A stretch of DNA of 64,000 nt from the human T2T-CHM13v2.0 reference genome, Homo sapiens, in NCBI RefSeq assembly GCF_009914755.1, contig NC_060935.1. One strand, written 5' to 3'. Shown here one piece after another: positions 13,381 through 26,708 of the stretch (position 1 is the first letter of the stretch; the number at the start of each line of letters is the position of its first letter). Below the pieces are notes generated by a model that searched no databases, had not been told where the DNA came from, and worked only from the letters and a program-made list of their open reading frames with translations. Both the position numbers and the translations under genes were made by a program.

Positions 13381-14784
13381 TTGTAATTCTTTATAAAGAA
13401 ATAATTCTTCTTATTTCTTTATAAAAGAAAATAAGCTATAAGTATACATGAGCTTTTATGTGCATTCATGTGTCTGTTTTATTTTTGTAAATGTAAAGGA
13501 AAAGTTCTAGAGAAATAAACAAGAAAACAATCACAGTGACAGTTCTAGAGAAGAAATTAAGAGGAAAGACTTCACAAGGACTTTCAATTTTTACCTATTG
13601 TTTAAATTTTTTTTACATAAAGTCTCTATCCTGCTTTACATAAATAACTAAAAGGGAGAAAAACAACAATAAAGAACCTCAACACAGATGTGATTCATGT
13701 TTTTTTATTGTAATATTCATGTTTTACAGTGCCATTCTTTGGCAGTATACTGAAGGGGTCAGCATTTGCACAAATACTTAGTCATTCAGTAATACAAGAG
13801 ATACGGAGGTGATAAATGAAATACTCAGTTGTTGCCACAACAAGGCAGTCTTAGTGAATCATGTAGGAAATGCCAGAAAGACAGCTGAGTGTAGACAAAA
13901 CACTAGGAGAGAATACAGACATAATCAACATTTCCATGGCCCTTACTGTGTATGTTTTTCAATTCTTCTAATTATTCTTCTCTCTGAGGGACACATTAAA
14001 AAATGAAAGTAGTTTCTTACCACAAAGAAAGTACTTTAAAAAGCTATGTTAGATTGCTAAATATGGATTTTGATGAGTATCTAAAAAATTCTCATGGCCA
14101 AAGCATATTTATCTGAGCATTCAGTATATGTGTTTTAATTATATTAAGTGAGATTTCTGAACATCTGACATCTGTTTACTAGTCAACTCTTAATTATTTG
14201 AGCATAACAATGTTAAATGAAATGTTTTAAGGAAGCTGTTGGAACTCTGCAGTTCTAAGTGCGGTCCTAACAAATTCATAGGAAAGCCTTAGAATCCATC
14301 CCTGCACTCAGACACAATGGAGTCCACTTGCTCTTTGTTCTTCCCTTATTTCCTTGTTTTCTTGAATTTGTCTGCTTTTTCTTACCACCTCTCCTTCAGT
14401 AATGGTGCATTATTCACCAGGCCCTGTGTAAGACAATGTTGGCATCTTATAATCAGAGGAGTGGGTCTGAAGTTTTTTATTCAGAGACCGTGTACATAGA
14501 GATATTTAAAAATCATTTATTTCTCTAATAAAACAGTCTATCGTAATTGCTGTTTCTGCTATCATATTACTAAGAATACAGGGCCAGCAGGCAGAAAGCT
14601 TCACTTTGAAACCCAGCTTCCCTACCTGTGACACTTACTGGCTCTGTGGCTTATATTTTCTTTCTAAATGTCAGCTCTATGTCTAGTAATATTCTGGCCC
14701 TGTATCCACAACAACAGCAAAGCATAATGTTCTCAGTGTGTTTATCCAGATTCCAGAAGGCTCAAACTTTGTTTTTCTTTAATA

Positions 14785-15017
14785 ATAATGACGATGATGG
14801 CTAATATTCATTGATATCTTACTCTGAGCCAAGCACTGCACTAAGCCCTTTATATGGATTATCCTATTTAATGCATACAATTCCATAAGGAACATATTAT
14901 TCCATTTCCACAAATAAGAAATCTACAGATTAGAGAAGTTAAGTAACTTGTTCAAGGTCACATAGCTAGTAAGTGATAGAATCCAAAGCCAAGCTCTTAA
15001 CAATTACAATATTCTGC
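14785..15017 (-). mobile_element. MIR SINE
   Basis: AGAGAAGTTAAGTAACTTGTTCAAGGTCACATAGCTAGTAAGTG core. Confidence 0.85.
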
Positions 15018-15165
15018 TTCAATTATTTCCTGAGTGGTTTCCTTCCCCCACCTCACAGGTTGCCTGCCCAGCCTGTTGCTAAACTATGTCTGGCAGAGGA
15101 TATCTCTTTCACCCCTGAGATGGAAAACCAGTATCTTTGCAGCCTTTTTTACAACTACGAGCTTA

Positions 15166-15676
15166 TGTGGTGGTTAACTTTAAGTGTAAATTTGAGTGAG
15201 TCATGGGATGCCCAGATATCTGATTAAACATTATTTGTGGATGTGTCTATGAGGGTGTTTCTAAAAGAGATTAACATCTGAATTGGGGGACTTAGTAAAG
15301 TTGATTGCCCTCCCTAATGTGGAGAGACATCATTCAATCTGTGGAAGGCCTGAATAGAACAAAAAGGAGGAGCAAGTTTGGATTCATACTCCCTCTACCT
15401 GATTACTTAAGCTAAAACATCAATATTTTCTGCCCCTCAGGATCCTGGTTCTCAGGCCTTCAGACTTGGATTAAAATGTATACCATCAGCCCCCTGGCTG
15501 CTGGGCCATTGAATTGCGCCCTCAGATTTTCTGTCTTTAGCTTGCAGATGGAACATCATGGGATTTATCAGCCTCCATAATCATGTGAATCATACCTTAT
15601 AATAAGTCATGTCTATTTATCTATCTAGTTATCTATTCTATTGGTTTCGTTTCTCTGGAGAAGCCTAACTAATACA
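15166..15676 (+). mobile_element. MLT2 (ERVL) solo LTR, MLT2D-like
   Basis: TGTGGTGGTTAACTTTAAGTGT start, CTATTGGTTTCGTTTCTCTGGAGAAGCCTAACTAATACA end; degraded 5-bp flanks GCTTA/GCCTG. Confidence 0.88.
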
Positions 15677-15749
15677 GCCTGCTTCCCACTTCCTTTTGAA
15701 AAAACACTAACCACCATCAGGATGCTTTAAAGGAGTAAAACAAAAGCAT

Positions 15750-15975
15750 GCATTCAACAAATGAGCTTCTACTAAGTGTCACACACTATTCCAAGGAATG
15801 CAGATATAGAAATAAGAAAAACAAGGTATCTGGCTTACTGGCACTGATAATGCCAGAGTGAGAGGACAGGAAATAAACATGTAAATGATTAAGATAATTT
15901 TTGAAGTGATATATGCTTTGAGGAAAGTAAAACAGAATGATAAAAGTAAGTGACTTAGGGAAGGCTACTCTACTT
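15750..15975 (-). mobile_element. L2 3' end
   Basis: CATTCAACAAATGAGCTTCTACTAAGTGTCA matches the reverse complement of the L2 terminus. Confidence 0.65.
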
Positions 15976-16384
15976 TGCAAAAGACAAAGTAATACACCTG
16001 TAGGGTCTTTGTTGAATGGAATATGCTATGTCCACACAATGGATTACTAATTAGTGGCAAAAAGTAACAGGAGGATCTCCAAATGATAAGAAATGGTTGC
16101 CAGAATGGTTTGTTACTTGGTATATATTTGCTTATGATTTTAAGAAAAAAAAACAGTGGTTATATAAAACAGAAAACTAATGAAAAGGGTTATTGATAGG
16201 AAAGGAGGAAAAAGATCTGATTGGAAGGGAATGGAAGGAAGATTTCTGTCGAAATCATTGGTATATAATTTCTACTATGGAAGACAGATTTTTTCATAAT
16301 TTAAATACATTTATTTATTCTAAAAATAGTCCTGAAGATTAAAAAGTTCACTAAGATCTTTTTAAAACAATTAAATATTAAGTA

Positions 16385-16605
16385 AATACCATCCATACTA
16401 GCTCCTTACTAATTTTCAAACATGCCAATGTTATTGGTGCCTCAGGGCTTTTGCATTTAACATGGTCTACATGGAGTAGTCTTCCCCTATTTCCCATAGC
16501 TTGCTGTCTTACTCTGTGAGGTTTTTGATGGTATTCCCTGAGTAACCTGTCTAGAGTAGCAGCAGCTTCGTTTTTCTTTATGATGTTTATCACCATCTGC
16601 CAAGC
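16385..16605 (+). mobile_element. L2 fragment
   Basis: TGCCTCAGGGCTTTTGCA motif with surrounding L2-like sequence. Confidence 0.55.
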
Positions 16606-16659
16606 CATAAGATACAGAAGTTAGACTGGAACACCAAGGAAGAAACTGATAATGTTTAA

Positions 16660-17040
16660 TGGTATGTTTTCTTCTCTTCTTTCTAGGCTTAAAGCTAGCT
16701 TAAAGCTAGATTATATTTTCCAGCCTTCTTTGCAGTTAGGTGTGTGTAGCCAACCATGTGGGTAGATTACATTCTTGCCAATTGAATATAAGTAGAAGTG
16801 ATGGCCATCCAGTTGCAGATTTGACCCATACAGTTACTATACCCAGTTCCCTCATTCTTACTCTGTCTCTCCATGTACCACTGAATAGAGAAGACCCAAA
16901 AATTTAGATAGGGGTGGAGTTTCCAGAGCAAAGCATCTTGGGGCTGAAAACCTGCTGGAGAAGGGTCCCTCTACTAACTATCCTATGTTTTCCTGGGACA
17001 CAAACAGAACATAAAACTTTATGTTAATTCATTGTATTTA
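16660..17040 (+). mobile_element. Old MaLR LTR (MLT1H/I/J-like)
   Basis: AGCTAGATTATATTTTCCAGCCTTCTTTGCAGTTAGGTGTG...TTCTTGCCAATTGAATATAAGTAGAAGTGATG motif. Confidence 0.65.
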
Positions 17041-19769
17041 TCAAAGTCTATCTAAACAGAAGAATGGAAATCACTTGAAGTATTTACAGCAGAAGAAAAC
17101 TAACTCAAGGAGTTAGTTAGATAAAAGGAAAGAGAGTCAAATATAAGATAGATAAACCAGAGTTGAGTATCAGCAAGGAACTACTACCATTTTAGACAAA
17201 GACGGATAAAAGGAAGTGTTGTGTTCTTCTAAGGAGGTAAAAAAATACCTACATATGGTGGCTAGTGATCTGTTTACATAGAGTCACCATGTCATTATTT
17301 CACAGTTTCACCAGATGACAATAATAATAACAAGCTAGATGTGGAATTTTTGTAGGTAATATTCTCACTGTTCTCTGTAAAAAAAAAAAAAATTGTCACC
17401 AGGTCTGAGCTTCAGAATGAAAGGGGAATATCTGGAAGGAGAAGGAAGAAAATCTGGTTTCAGACCAAAATGGAACTGAGTCATAAAATTTGCATACTGA
17501 AAGTAATGACTTCAATTTGTTCCCTAAAACTGAAACTAATCAATATCTGTTATATAAGTATAAATCTCACCTAAAATATTAAAATTAAGATAAATATATA
17601 CAATTATGACTCACCTATAAAATATTAAAATAAGTAGATTAATGATGATGACGACTGTGATGATGATACAAGATATTATTATGCCACACTTTAAAAAAGT
17701 ATTCTCACATCTTTCACGTTGGATTGACCTTAAAATAGCTCCTCATGTTAGCATGGCTGAAATTAGCAATAAGAAATGCCTTTCAGTCTGTTGCCACCCT
17801 AGTTACCTTTTTGGGGCATGTTCAAATTAGTCAGTGTTCCAAATAATGAATAACATCTTGAAACGGACACAACATTCCTGATTCCTAAGTAAGGTATGGC
17901 ATGGCAGTGCTGTGACTTCCTTGATCTGCATATGCACTAGTAGATAAAGGCAATATACTATAGTGCTGACAACTAGACTTCACAGGCATGAATTCCTGCC
18001 CTGCCAGCCATTGGTGATGTGACTTTGAGTAACTTATTTCTTTGTTTTTCAATTTCCTTTTCTGAAAAGAAAGTGCATCCTGGGAAGAAGCATTGCATTT
18101 TGGCAGTTGGGTTGTAACAGTCTTTACTTAAGCAACTCTTTTTCCGTGTGCTTTCTCAAAGGAAAATGGGAATCTCATCACTCAGAATAAAAGTCTATAA
18201 AAATCAAGTTTCCAAATGAATGCAATGATCCATGATGGAAGCAATCATTATCTTGGGTAAAGATTAGATAGACAATGAGTCTTTTTTTTTCTACAATTGT
18301 AGGTTTAGGAGGCCCTGTAACTACATTCTTGTGTATTATCCATTGCTTTCCCTAGTGTGAATTATTGATAATCATTTTGTTGTACTCTTCTATGGAATAA
18401 TTAAAGTTTATAGGCAAAACAAGTATTCCCAGAACTTGACAGCTATTGAGGGGGTGGGACATGTATATACAGAGTTAGTGGAGTGGAGAGAACAGCTGTT
18501 TCTTTAGTAATGCCCTATGTGAGATACTGGCTTCATTACATTTACTGCCTTTGTAAACTTAATTAACAAACATCTGCATCCTACTACCTATTCCCCAAGG
18601 TTCTGACATTTTCCTCATATTGAAATACCTTCATTTTTATTGATTGAACATTCCCCAGGCAGTTCTTCTGACAAAGTTACCAATTGGTGATATGTCGGCA
18701 TAAAGCAAAGACTAAAAGCTATACTTTCTGAGGCCTTAATTCGTTAGAATATCAGTGCAATTTTTCTAATCATGGCTTATAGGAGAAAACTGGGTACATC
18801 ACATAGTTTTCCTTCCTTTCTTTCTTTGTGTCCAATCCCACAGATGTCAGCAAAAAATTCAAGATCACTTCCATGTCTGTAGTGCATGTCTAACTAAGTT
18901 TCAGATCAATTCAGTTTGAGTTTTAAAAATAACCAGTGATTCACTATGCAGATCTTAGATGTATTTTTATACTCCCAGGCATATTCCTTTGTCCCTTTGG
19001 TGCCCCTTCAAAAACCACCCAGAGTTTGATCTTCTTCAGTAATGGCAGATTTATTGCTGTGATAACAAGGAATGGGGAAATCTGTCTGCTTCTCCTTCCT
19101 ATAAATGCGAGGACCTAGAGGTGGATTTTGATGGAGCTAGACAAAAATTATTTTACCTCCTAAAGACCTCTGGTGGGTGGGATTGTGGGCAAAAGATACT
19201 GTTTCTAAAAGCCCTCTGAACTATGCTCATTTCTCTTAAAGTTATTTCAAAGGACATCCCTAGCAACCGACTGATTGCTCAGCCTGTATTATCAATGGCC
19301 TATGTAGGTGCCATGATTTAAATTGGCTCCCTGGCTTCTCAGGATGATCGTTAATATTTTCGAGGAATACAACCCCATGCCAATGGAATACTGTTTGGAA
19401 ATGGAAAATTACAGACATATAGGTAAAAAAAATTCATTTTTATAGAAAAAATGTTCTTTTAATATGCTGCGATTATTTTTAGATGTTGAGATGAGAGCAT
19501 GACTCACCACCTTCCATTTCTTCCACCCCTTATGCCGGCCCCCACTCATCTTTCCTGACACATCGTGATGATGAAGGGAATGACAGCCTGTTCTCCACAG
19601 TGTGGTCATCACCACATGTTGCAGCTGCTTTGGGGAAAATACAGGGTGCTCTATGTCTTGGCTACAGATCCCCAGATTCAACGTCACTATTCTGTGGGTC
19701 ACTGCACACTGTGACCTAAAATATATCCCAAAAGGCATTCAATGGGAGCACCTCTTTCTAGTGGTTACC

Positions 19770-19985
19770 AATCAGATTTAGAATATCAGGAATCTAGACT
19801 CAAATGTGGCCTTCACCCCTTAGAAGTTGATTAACACTAGGTGAGGTTTGTGATCTCTCAGAACATATTTTCTACAAAGAAATGAATAATACCCACCCAA
19901 CAGGGTTATGTGAAATACTAAATGAGATCATGATTACAAAGAATTTTGCACCAGGCTTTGCATAGACTGTTCAAGCCATTGTTGT
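19770..19985 (+). mobile_element. MIR SINE
   Basis: AATAATACCCACCCAACAGGGTTATGTGAAATACTAAATGAGAT resembles the MIR 3' half. Confidence 0.6.
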
Positions 19986-20012
19986 CAGAATAGTGAATAT
20001 CATCGTTGTAAC

Positions 20013-20490
20013 TGTTGGAGCTCAAAACATGATGCCCCACAACATGGCAGCTTGACAATTGAGAAAACCGCAGAAGCAAGAAGGTCACTGACTTTCTCCC
20101 ATCTTTCCTGCCTGAAACCTGACTATAAAGGCTTTCTCTGACCTATTTTGCTCAGGAAGAAGGAACGTGATAAAGAGACACAGGAAATAATGTGAACAAA
20201 CAGGCCTTGCTGAAGGCACTCTCCACTCTGCATTCCTTACCATTAGATCATACCCCTTTTTGTCCAATCATGTTTCTCCACAACTATCCACTTATATCAT
20301 CAGATTTAGCATAAAAAATATACAGTTTTTCTTGGGTCTTTGGGCCTTCATTTCTGAAGGCTCCCAAGTCAGATAAAACTTTTATTAAATAAGTTATGCC
20401 TTTCTCTTGTTAAGCCGTCCTTTGTTATTGGAGTATCAGCCATGAACCTTGCAAATAGTGAGGACAAGGTATTAAATTTTCTCTTCTACA
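20013..20490 (+). mobile_element. ERV1 solo LTR, MER39-like
   Basis: TGTTGGAGCTCAAAAC...TTCTACA ends, near-identical 4-bp flanks TAAC/TAAT, internal CCATTAGATCATACCCCTTTTTGTCCAATCA motif. Confidence 0.82.
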
Positions 20491-21999
20491 TAATCATAGT
20501 GATTCCAACTTCAGCTGTTCCCATTTTTTCCACTGCAAAATTAAAATATTCCTGTAGCATCCACTAGAATATCATGAGACTAAATTTCTACATCTTTATA
20601 TAAGCATGGTGTGCATTTATGGGAAGGGTCTTAAGAAAATCCAAATCATTATTACTGTGATTGAGATTTAAATTGAGGGGGCAGCTATTTGTTTTTTGAT
20701 ATTGAGAGAGCCAGTTCCTCTGCCATTTGATTTTTTTTCTTATGCTTAAGAGACAATTATTTATTTGTAGTCAATTTTATCAAGCCTTAGGCATGATTCA
20801 TATTCTGTCCCATCCCCAGCCAAGATGCCTGCCCACCTGCTCCCCCACACTCCCCAGTTCTGTCTCATTGCAGGCCCACTGCTCGTATTTTCAGAATTAC
20901 GCTCTGCCAACTTCTCTATTATTCCTCTGCCCACCTTACTCCTTACAAAAGTAGTCTGTCCTTAGGCTAATTTCTCAGACTGACCAGAAAAATAATGACC
21001 ACTGCAATGCATACTTTTAAAAACGTGAAAGAAGCAACAGAGGAGTGTTCAAACTCTTGTGTACATCATTATCCTTCACTTGTCACACCCCCTACCCTGA
21101 AAAATCTCTGGTTTTCATTCTTCTTATGACTGGTGGGTAGACACGTGTTAAAATTTCTTTGTCAAGCCAGACAAGGAACAAATAATTATTGTAGTGGGAT
21201 TATACCAGATTATTATTTTTCAGATGGATTTAAGCTTTGCCGCACACAGCTCTCCTTTCTTAGTCAGACATCATGCTTCTTGATATAAGCTTTAAAGTCA
21301 GAAAGTTACGGGAGATGTTTCAGGAAACGAAAAAGAAATACCCATGTTGATTTGTCTGGTGATCCCTTCTTTTCTCACCTCCTTTTCTCTCTTGGCATAG
21401 AGAAAGGGAAAGAAAGAAGATTCTCAGAACTAGCAACATATTGAAAATGAAATTGGCAAACTGCCCTCCTTCTTAGGGGAAGGTGAAAATATCAGTTGAC
21501 TGTTAGTGATTCAGAAATGAAATTTCAGTATATTTAAGTCTATTTTAGAAAGAGGGATGGAAAGCACAGCTAACATGAAACAATTTAAAGAAACAGGTTA
21601 CTCTGGTACCTACATTGGTATGGATATGTGGTGAAATGAAGGAGGGCTATGACCAAATATAGCTTTCTTAACTGCTGTTACTGGTGCCCAGAATCCAATC
21701 CATTTGTAAACGTTGTCCTTAAAAGTGAGTCTACTTTACTCCTCTATCAAGACCTGATTAAGATACCCTGAGTCAACAAAAGTTCTAAATGATAAAAATG
21801 TGTTAGTGCCCACCATCCCAGACCTGTCACATAGAATCCAAATTAAACATAATACTAAACCTAAAAACACAAATATTAACTGAGCTTCCTTCTAAAATGA
21901 ACTTTTCTCATTTTATTGGTATCTACCTTAGTGGTACCCTAAATATGGGCTTAGTGTACAACTTTGCATTATTTCAAAGTTGAACATATAAGGTGACAA

Positions 22000-22180
22000 G
22001 TTGTGCAGTAGTTGTAAGTATACGGCTTTAGGGTAGAACTTTGCTATTTATTGAGAAGCCTGGGCAATTTTTCTTAGCTTCGGTTCTTTTTTTTTTTTTT
22101 TCCCATGTTACATGCAAATAATGGTACAGTATAGAGTTGTCATGAGGATTAATGAGATAATGCTCAATACATCTTAGCTC
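22000..22180 (+). mobile_element. MIR SINE (degenerate)
   Basis: ATAGAGTTGTCATGAGGATTAATGAGATAATG motif. Confidence 0.55.
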
Positions 22181-22245
22181 TTTTTATTCAAATTATTTGA
22201 GTTCTAATGTCTTAATTAGGTGACCACAAACAATGTGGCTAAATA

Positions 22246-22310
22246 TTTGGTTGGTGCAAAAGTAATTGCAGTTTTTGCAATTAAAAGTAATCACAAAACT
22301 TGAATCACTC
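22246..22310. mobile_element. MADE1 (Hsmar1 mariner MITE), right terminal repeat damaged
   Basis: TTGGTTGGTGCAAAAGTAATTGCAGTTTTTGCAATTAAAAGTAAT matches the MADE1 terminal repeat and spacer. Confidence 0.85.
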
Positions 22311-22904
22311 ATATTTCTTCAGTAAAAAAAGAAATGAATATCTGCAAAATGGGGTTAATGAGAGAGTATTGTGGAGAGGTGGAGAAAAAACACATACTTT
22401 TAAAAGAACTAAGTCTAGCACATAGTAGACCTGCAATAAATCTTGGTTCTCTTTTACTAGCATACCTCACCGGCATCTTAGTATTGATGGCTTTTTAAAT
22501 TTATTTTTCTTACTCTGAAGTACAAATTATATAAGAGTTACTGAAGGAAGGGATGGGGAGACAGTCACAAAATCAGGAAATTCTATTTTGCTTCAAGTCA
22601 CCCTGATGATTCAGAGTTACTTTACCAAAAAGAATTTAGACTGGACAATCATGGGTACAGCTTGGGCTCTTTCTCACTTTGGCTGGAATTTCACAGGATT
22701 TTTAAGTAGAGAAATAGTTTCATGCTGGTATACAAAATTGAGCCTGGAATTAATCAGCAAAATGAAGATATGAAAAGGACAATTTTCTTCATTGCATAGT
22801 CTATAGGAAATTTGAATATTTAGTCCAACTATGGGTTTGTCAGTACAAATGGATTGTCTTAATTATATCCTCATTTTCTCAATGGTTGTATAGTATAACT
22901 GAAT

Positions 22905-23110
22905 TTTATAGCAAACTTACCACTTCCAGGTCATGTTCTAAATGCTATGTTTTAGGGATATATTGTTTAACATATACTAATTTATGTGATGCTTAATAAA
23001 ATTTGTCTGACAGGTATTATTGTTTTCTTTATTTTATACATGATGAAATGAGGTACAGAATGATTTACTAACTTCCTTAAACTTCTGGTGTCAAGATACA
23101 ATTCCAGTGC
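22905..23110 (-). mobile_element. MIR SINE (degenerate)
   Basis: TTTTATACATGATGAAATGAGGTACAGAATGATTTACTAACTT core. Confidence 0.55.
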
Positions 23111-23299
23111 ACAATTTTAATTGCTTTGCTTTATTTCCTCCCTATAGAATGGGCATGAAAATAAGAGTTCATATTTTCAACCCCATTTAGACTTCTGAGC
23201 CAAAAAATATTTTTAATTGATGGGGGAAAGGCATTGAAATCTCCAAATTCCAATAATAATTTTCTAAGCAACCAAAAATAGACAAATATATAAATTAAT

Positions 23300-24358
23300 A
23301 ATTTTAAGACACTGGACATCAGGGACTGAAATACACTGAACCCTGTGGGACGGGAGACAAATGAGGAGAGCCAAACAAATTCCTCAGGTTACAAATTTGA
23401 GAGTATCTGGGTCATAGTACAGGGAGGAGAAATCCATGTGAGATGTAGAGGACTCCTTAGTTTAGGAGACAAAGCAGAGAGTCTGGGCAGACAAAGGGAG
23501 CTAGAATACAGGACAGGGTATGATAGAGTGTGCATTGAAAGAGAGCTCTAGGGAGCTGATTAGGGTCTTTCTCAAGTATTTTGCTAAATATTGATGAGTT
23601 ACACATGTATGTGAGAAAACTACTAAGGACTGGAGAAAGAACTACCCAAAAGGATTAGAGGTAACAGTGTCTAGCATTACACAGGACAAGGAAAAGTCCC
23701 TGTTTATGTCACTCAGATTGAAAAAAAAATATGATTCACAGGAAATTGGGCACAGTACTCAAGAAGGTCTTGCCTCAGTGGTAGAGTGTAATTATCTCTA
23801 GAATGAGCATTAATCCAGAAGCTACTAACATATCATTAAAGCAAGACATTACAGGATCAAACTGTCTTTCCAAGTAACTTAATTGCATTATAGAAAAAGC
23901 TCACTGATATTTATAGGAATGAATAATATTCAGCACAAATAAAGTAAAATTTATAATGCCTGGTATTTAATCAAAGATTACCAGATATGTAAGAAAATAT
24001 TACTTAGAAGGAGCAGAAAATCGATCAATTGAAACCATTTTAGATCTGAGCCAGATGTTAAAATCAGCTTTAAAAATAGTTATTATAGTTGTATTCTGTG
24101 TGTTAATGTTAAGTAGGAAAATAGAAAATATAAAAAGTTTCAAGTCAAACTTTGTGAGATGAGACCTACGATTTGTGATCTGGGATGTGATTAATGGCAA
24201 ATCTGATAGTGTGGAAGAAAAGGTGAGTAAACATGAAGACCTAGGACTAGAAACTAAAATAAAACACAGAACAATATTTCTTCTAAGTGAAGGGAGAATT
24301 ACTGAGCTGTGAGACACCTTCAAGTGAGCTAATATATTTGCAATGGAATCCCTGAATG

Positions 24359-24392
<34 letters not shown>

Positions 24393-24915
24393 GTTGGCAG
24401 GGAAGGAATTTGGGGGAAAAAAAGACCGAGAAACAATTTTTCCAAGTTCAGTGAAAATTATAAACCCACAGTTCCAAGAAGCTAAATAAACCCAAGGCAT
24501 AGAAACATGGAGAAAACAACACTAATAAACATCATACCACATTGCCCAAAATCAGAGATAAAGGAAAAATATCTTTAAAGCAAACAAAAAAAGATGCATT
24601 GCATACAACAGTTCAAAAATAAGTATGACAGCAGATTTTTCGTAAAAAACAATGCAATCAAGAAGACAGTGGAACAACATCTTTAAAGTACTGAAGGACA
24701 AAAGCTATTAAACTTAAATTCTGTATCAAATAAAAATATTTTCAAATATAAAGATGAAATCAAACTTTCTCCAACAAAGTTGAAAGAATTCATTTTCAAC
24801 AGAACTGTACTATAGAAAGTGTTAAAGGAAGTACTTTAGTTGGAGGAAAATTAAGCCAGATAGATATGCAGATATACACACAGTACTGAAAGGCACTGAA
24901 AATGGTATCCACCTG
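23300..24915 (+). mobile_element. Old L1M (L1MC/MD-type) 5'UTR and ORF1 relic
   Basis: ORF1-like stretches (GAGCTGTGAGACACCTTCAAG...; ATGACAGCAGATTTTTCG...AGAAGACAGTGGAACAACATCTTTAAAGTACTGAAGG). Confidence 0.75.
24362..24391. repeat. (GT)15 microsatellite
   Basis: Read directly from the sequence. Confidence 0.97.
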
Positions 24916-25071
24916 AATTCTGTTCCTTGAATACTCCTCATTAGTCCCCCTGCCTACAAATCTCAGTATATCAAATTACTCAACCTGAAACAATAATGGA
25001 AGAAGGTTATAATGATTAGACTTCGATGGCTTTAAATATCAAGCCTAAGCTAATGTAAGCAAAGGATATTG

Positions 25072-25108
25072 TTAGTAGTAGCAAATTAGTATTAGTAGTA
25101 GCAAATTA
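25072..25108. repeat. 20-bp-period tandem duplication
   Basis: TTAGTAGTAGCAAATTA starts at 25072 and again at 25092. Confidence 0.9.
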
Positions 25109-25959
25109 ATTAATTCAGTGATGTTTACTAAATATCCTCAATTATGTTATTTGTTAATTTGAAGTTTCTGTAAGAAAGAGAATACATGAACTTGAATTTC
25201 ACAAATACCTGTGAATTGCACAAATGTGATATTTTTAAAGCAAAAACTCAGCTCAGTATGCTTTCAGATATTTATATTTTTCATCACAGCATAGCCTATG
25301 TCAAGACTTTTCTATCCTCTGCATTAGAATTACAAACTGAAGACAAATTCATTAATTCACTAACAAATTTTTTCCTATCTATAGACTTCCCAAGTTTGAT
25401 CTAAATCATATATATCTAAAGTTTAATTATAAGGCTTTCTATTATAAGAGTATAAGATCATTTGGGGAAACTAATATTTTGATTAATAAGGTTGTAATAT
25501 TTCCAAAAGAAATAACAAATAAGCTTGGAGGGGGGATATAAAACAAGGAGAAATTCCAAATTGAAAACAAGAGTCGCTGCAAGAGAAAGTACTGGGATTG
25601 GGGCTTGGTGACTGAAGATGAGGGTCAAGAAAAGAAATGATCACTTATTTAATCATACTGTTATCTGTATTGAGATTCATTTCAACATGTATTGTTTCAT
25701 AACTTAAAAAAAACAGAATAAGTTGGCAATGTTCATCAATGCATGTACCCTTTGATGAAGTAATTATACTTCCAGGACTGTATTCTACAGATATGCTCCT
25801 TTCTAGGCAAAAAGATGTTTATATAAAAATGTTCACCATAGTGTTTTTATGCTAGTGAGAAAATGAGGCATATATGCCCCTTTGAAATGGTCTTTAACAC
25901 ACATTGTTAATTAAGCAAAGAGCAGAGTGGCGTTACAACATTCACTTTTGCTTAAATTA

Positions 25960-26140
25960 TACACAAATATGTGCACACAAACACATGCATATATATACAA
26001 TTTAATATAATGTATATATCATGAGTTATATCTACTTAATATACATATTTGAGTATATGTGTGTGTATAATGTGTGTGTGTATATATATTTATGTTTATA
26101 TATATTTACACATATACTCAAATATACAAATATACAATTT
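25960..26140. repeat. (TA)/(TG)-rich low-complexity tract containing an 18-bp inverted repeat
   Basis: Read directly; arms at 26045-26062 and 26108-26125. Confidence 0.85.
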
Positions 26141-26335
26141 ATGAGTCTATAGGCACAAACATTTTTTAGGGCCAACAACACACACTGTTAATAGTGGTTG
26201 CAACTGTGGAGGGGAATTGTTGGTCTAGGCTGGACACTTTCATCTCCCGATCAATACATTTCATACTGTTTAAGTTCTGTTTCATGGTTTGTTTTCTTTC
26301 AGCATACACTATCATGTCTGGCTTATGACAGAGTT

Positions 26336-26540
26336 CTGCTTTCCAATAAAATCACCAATAGCTATGTGTGGTTCTTGAGCACTTGAAATGTGGCTAGTTC
26401 AAATTGAGATGTTCTGTCTGTATGAAATATATACTGGCTTTGAATATTTAGTATAAAAAAGAAGATAAAATATATCAATAATAATTATATGTCAAAATAA
26501 TGTGGATATATTGACTAAGTACAATATACTTAAATTTTTA
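26336..26540. mobile_element. MER33-like hAT-Charlie fragment
   Basis: TTGAGCACTTGAAATGTGGCTAGTTCAAATTGAGATG motif. Confidence 0.75.
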
Positions 26541-26665
26541 AAAATAATAATGATCATTTGTGCTGGTTATACATTCAGACAGAATACTTAGTATGAAGGT
26601 TAATGTTTTTAGTATTTCTACATGGCAGTATTTCTTGAAATATGTTTTGAAAGTGTCTAGATGTT

Positions 26666-26708
26666 GTCTTATAGCCACACCACCCTGAACGTGCCTGATC
26701 TCGTCTGA
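26666..26708 (+). pseudogene. 3'-truncated (tailless) 5S rRNA retropseudogene, 5S nt ~1-42
   Basis: GTCTTATAGCCACACCACCCTGAACGTGCCTGATCTCGTCTGA versus 5S GTCTACGGCCATACCACCCTGAACGCGCCCGATCTCGTCTGA, differences mostly at CpGs; flanked by perfect direct repeat TGAAAGTGTCTAGATGT (26648-26664, 26706-26722). Confidence 0.93.

Noticed and set aside
22246-22310. miR-548-type hairpin from MADE1
   Set aside because: The right terminal repeat is degraded, so the long stem needed for a precursor miRNA cannot form.
24000-24500. 166-aa minus-strand ORF with HTHT repeat
   Set aside because: Antisense to an old L1 ORF1 relic and spans a (GT)n microsatellite; no recognisable domain.
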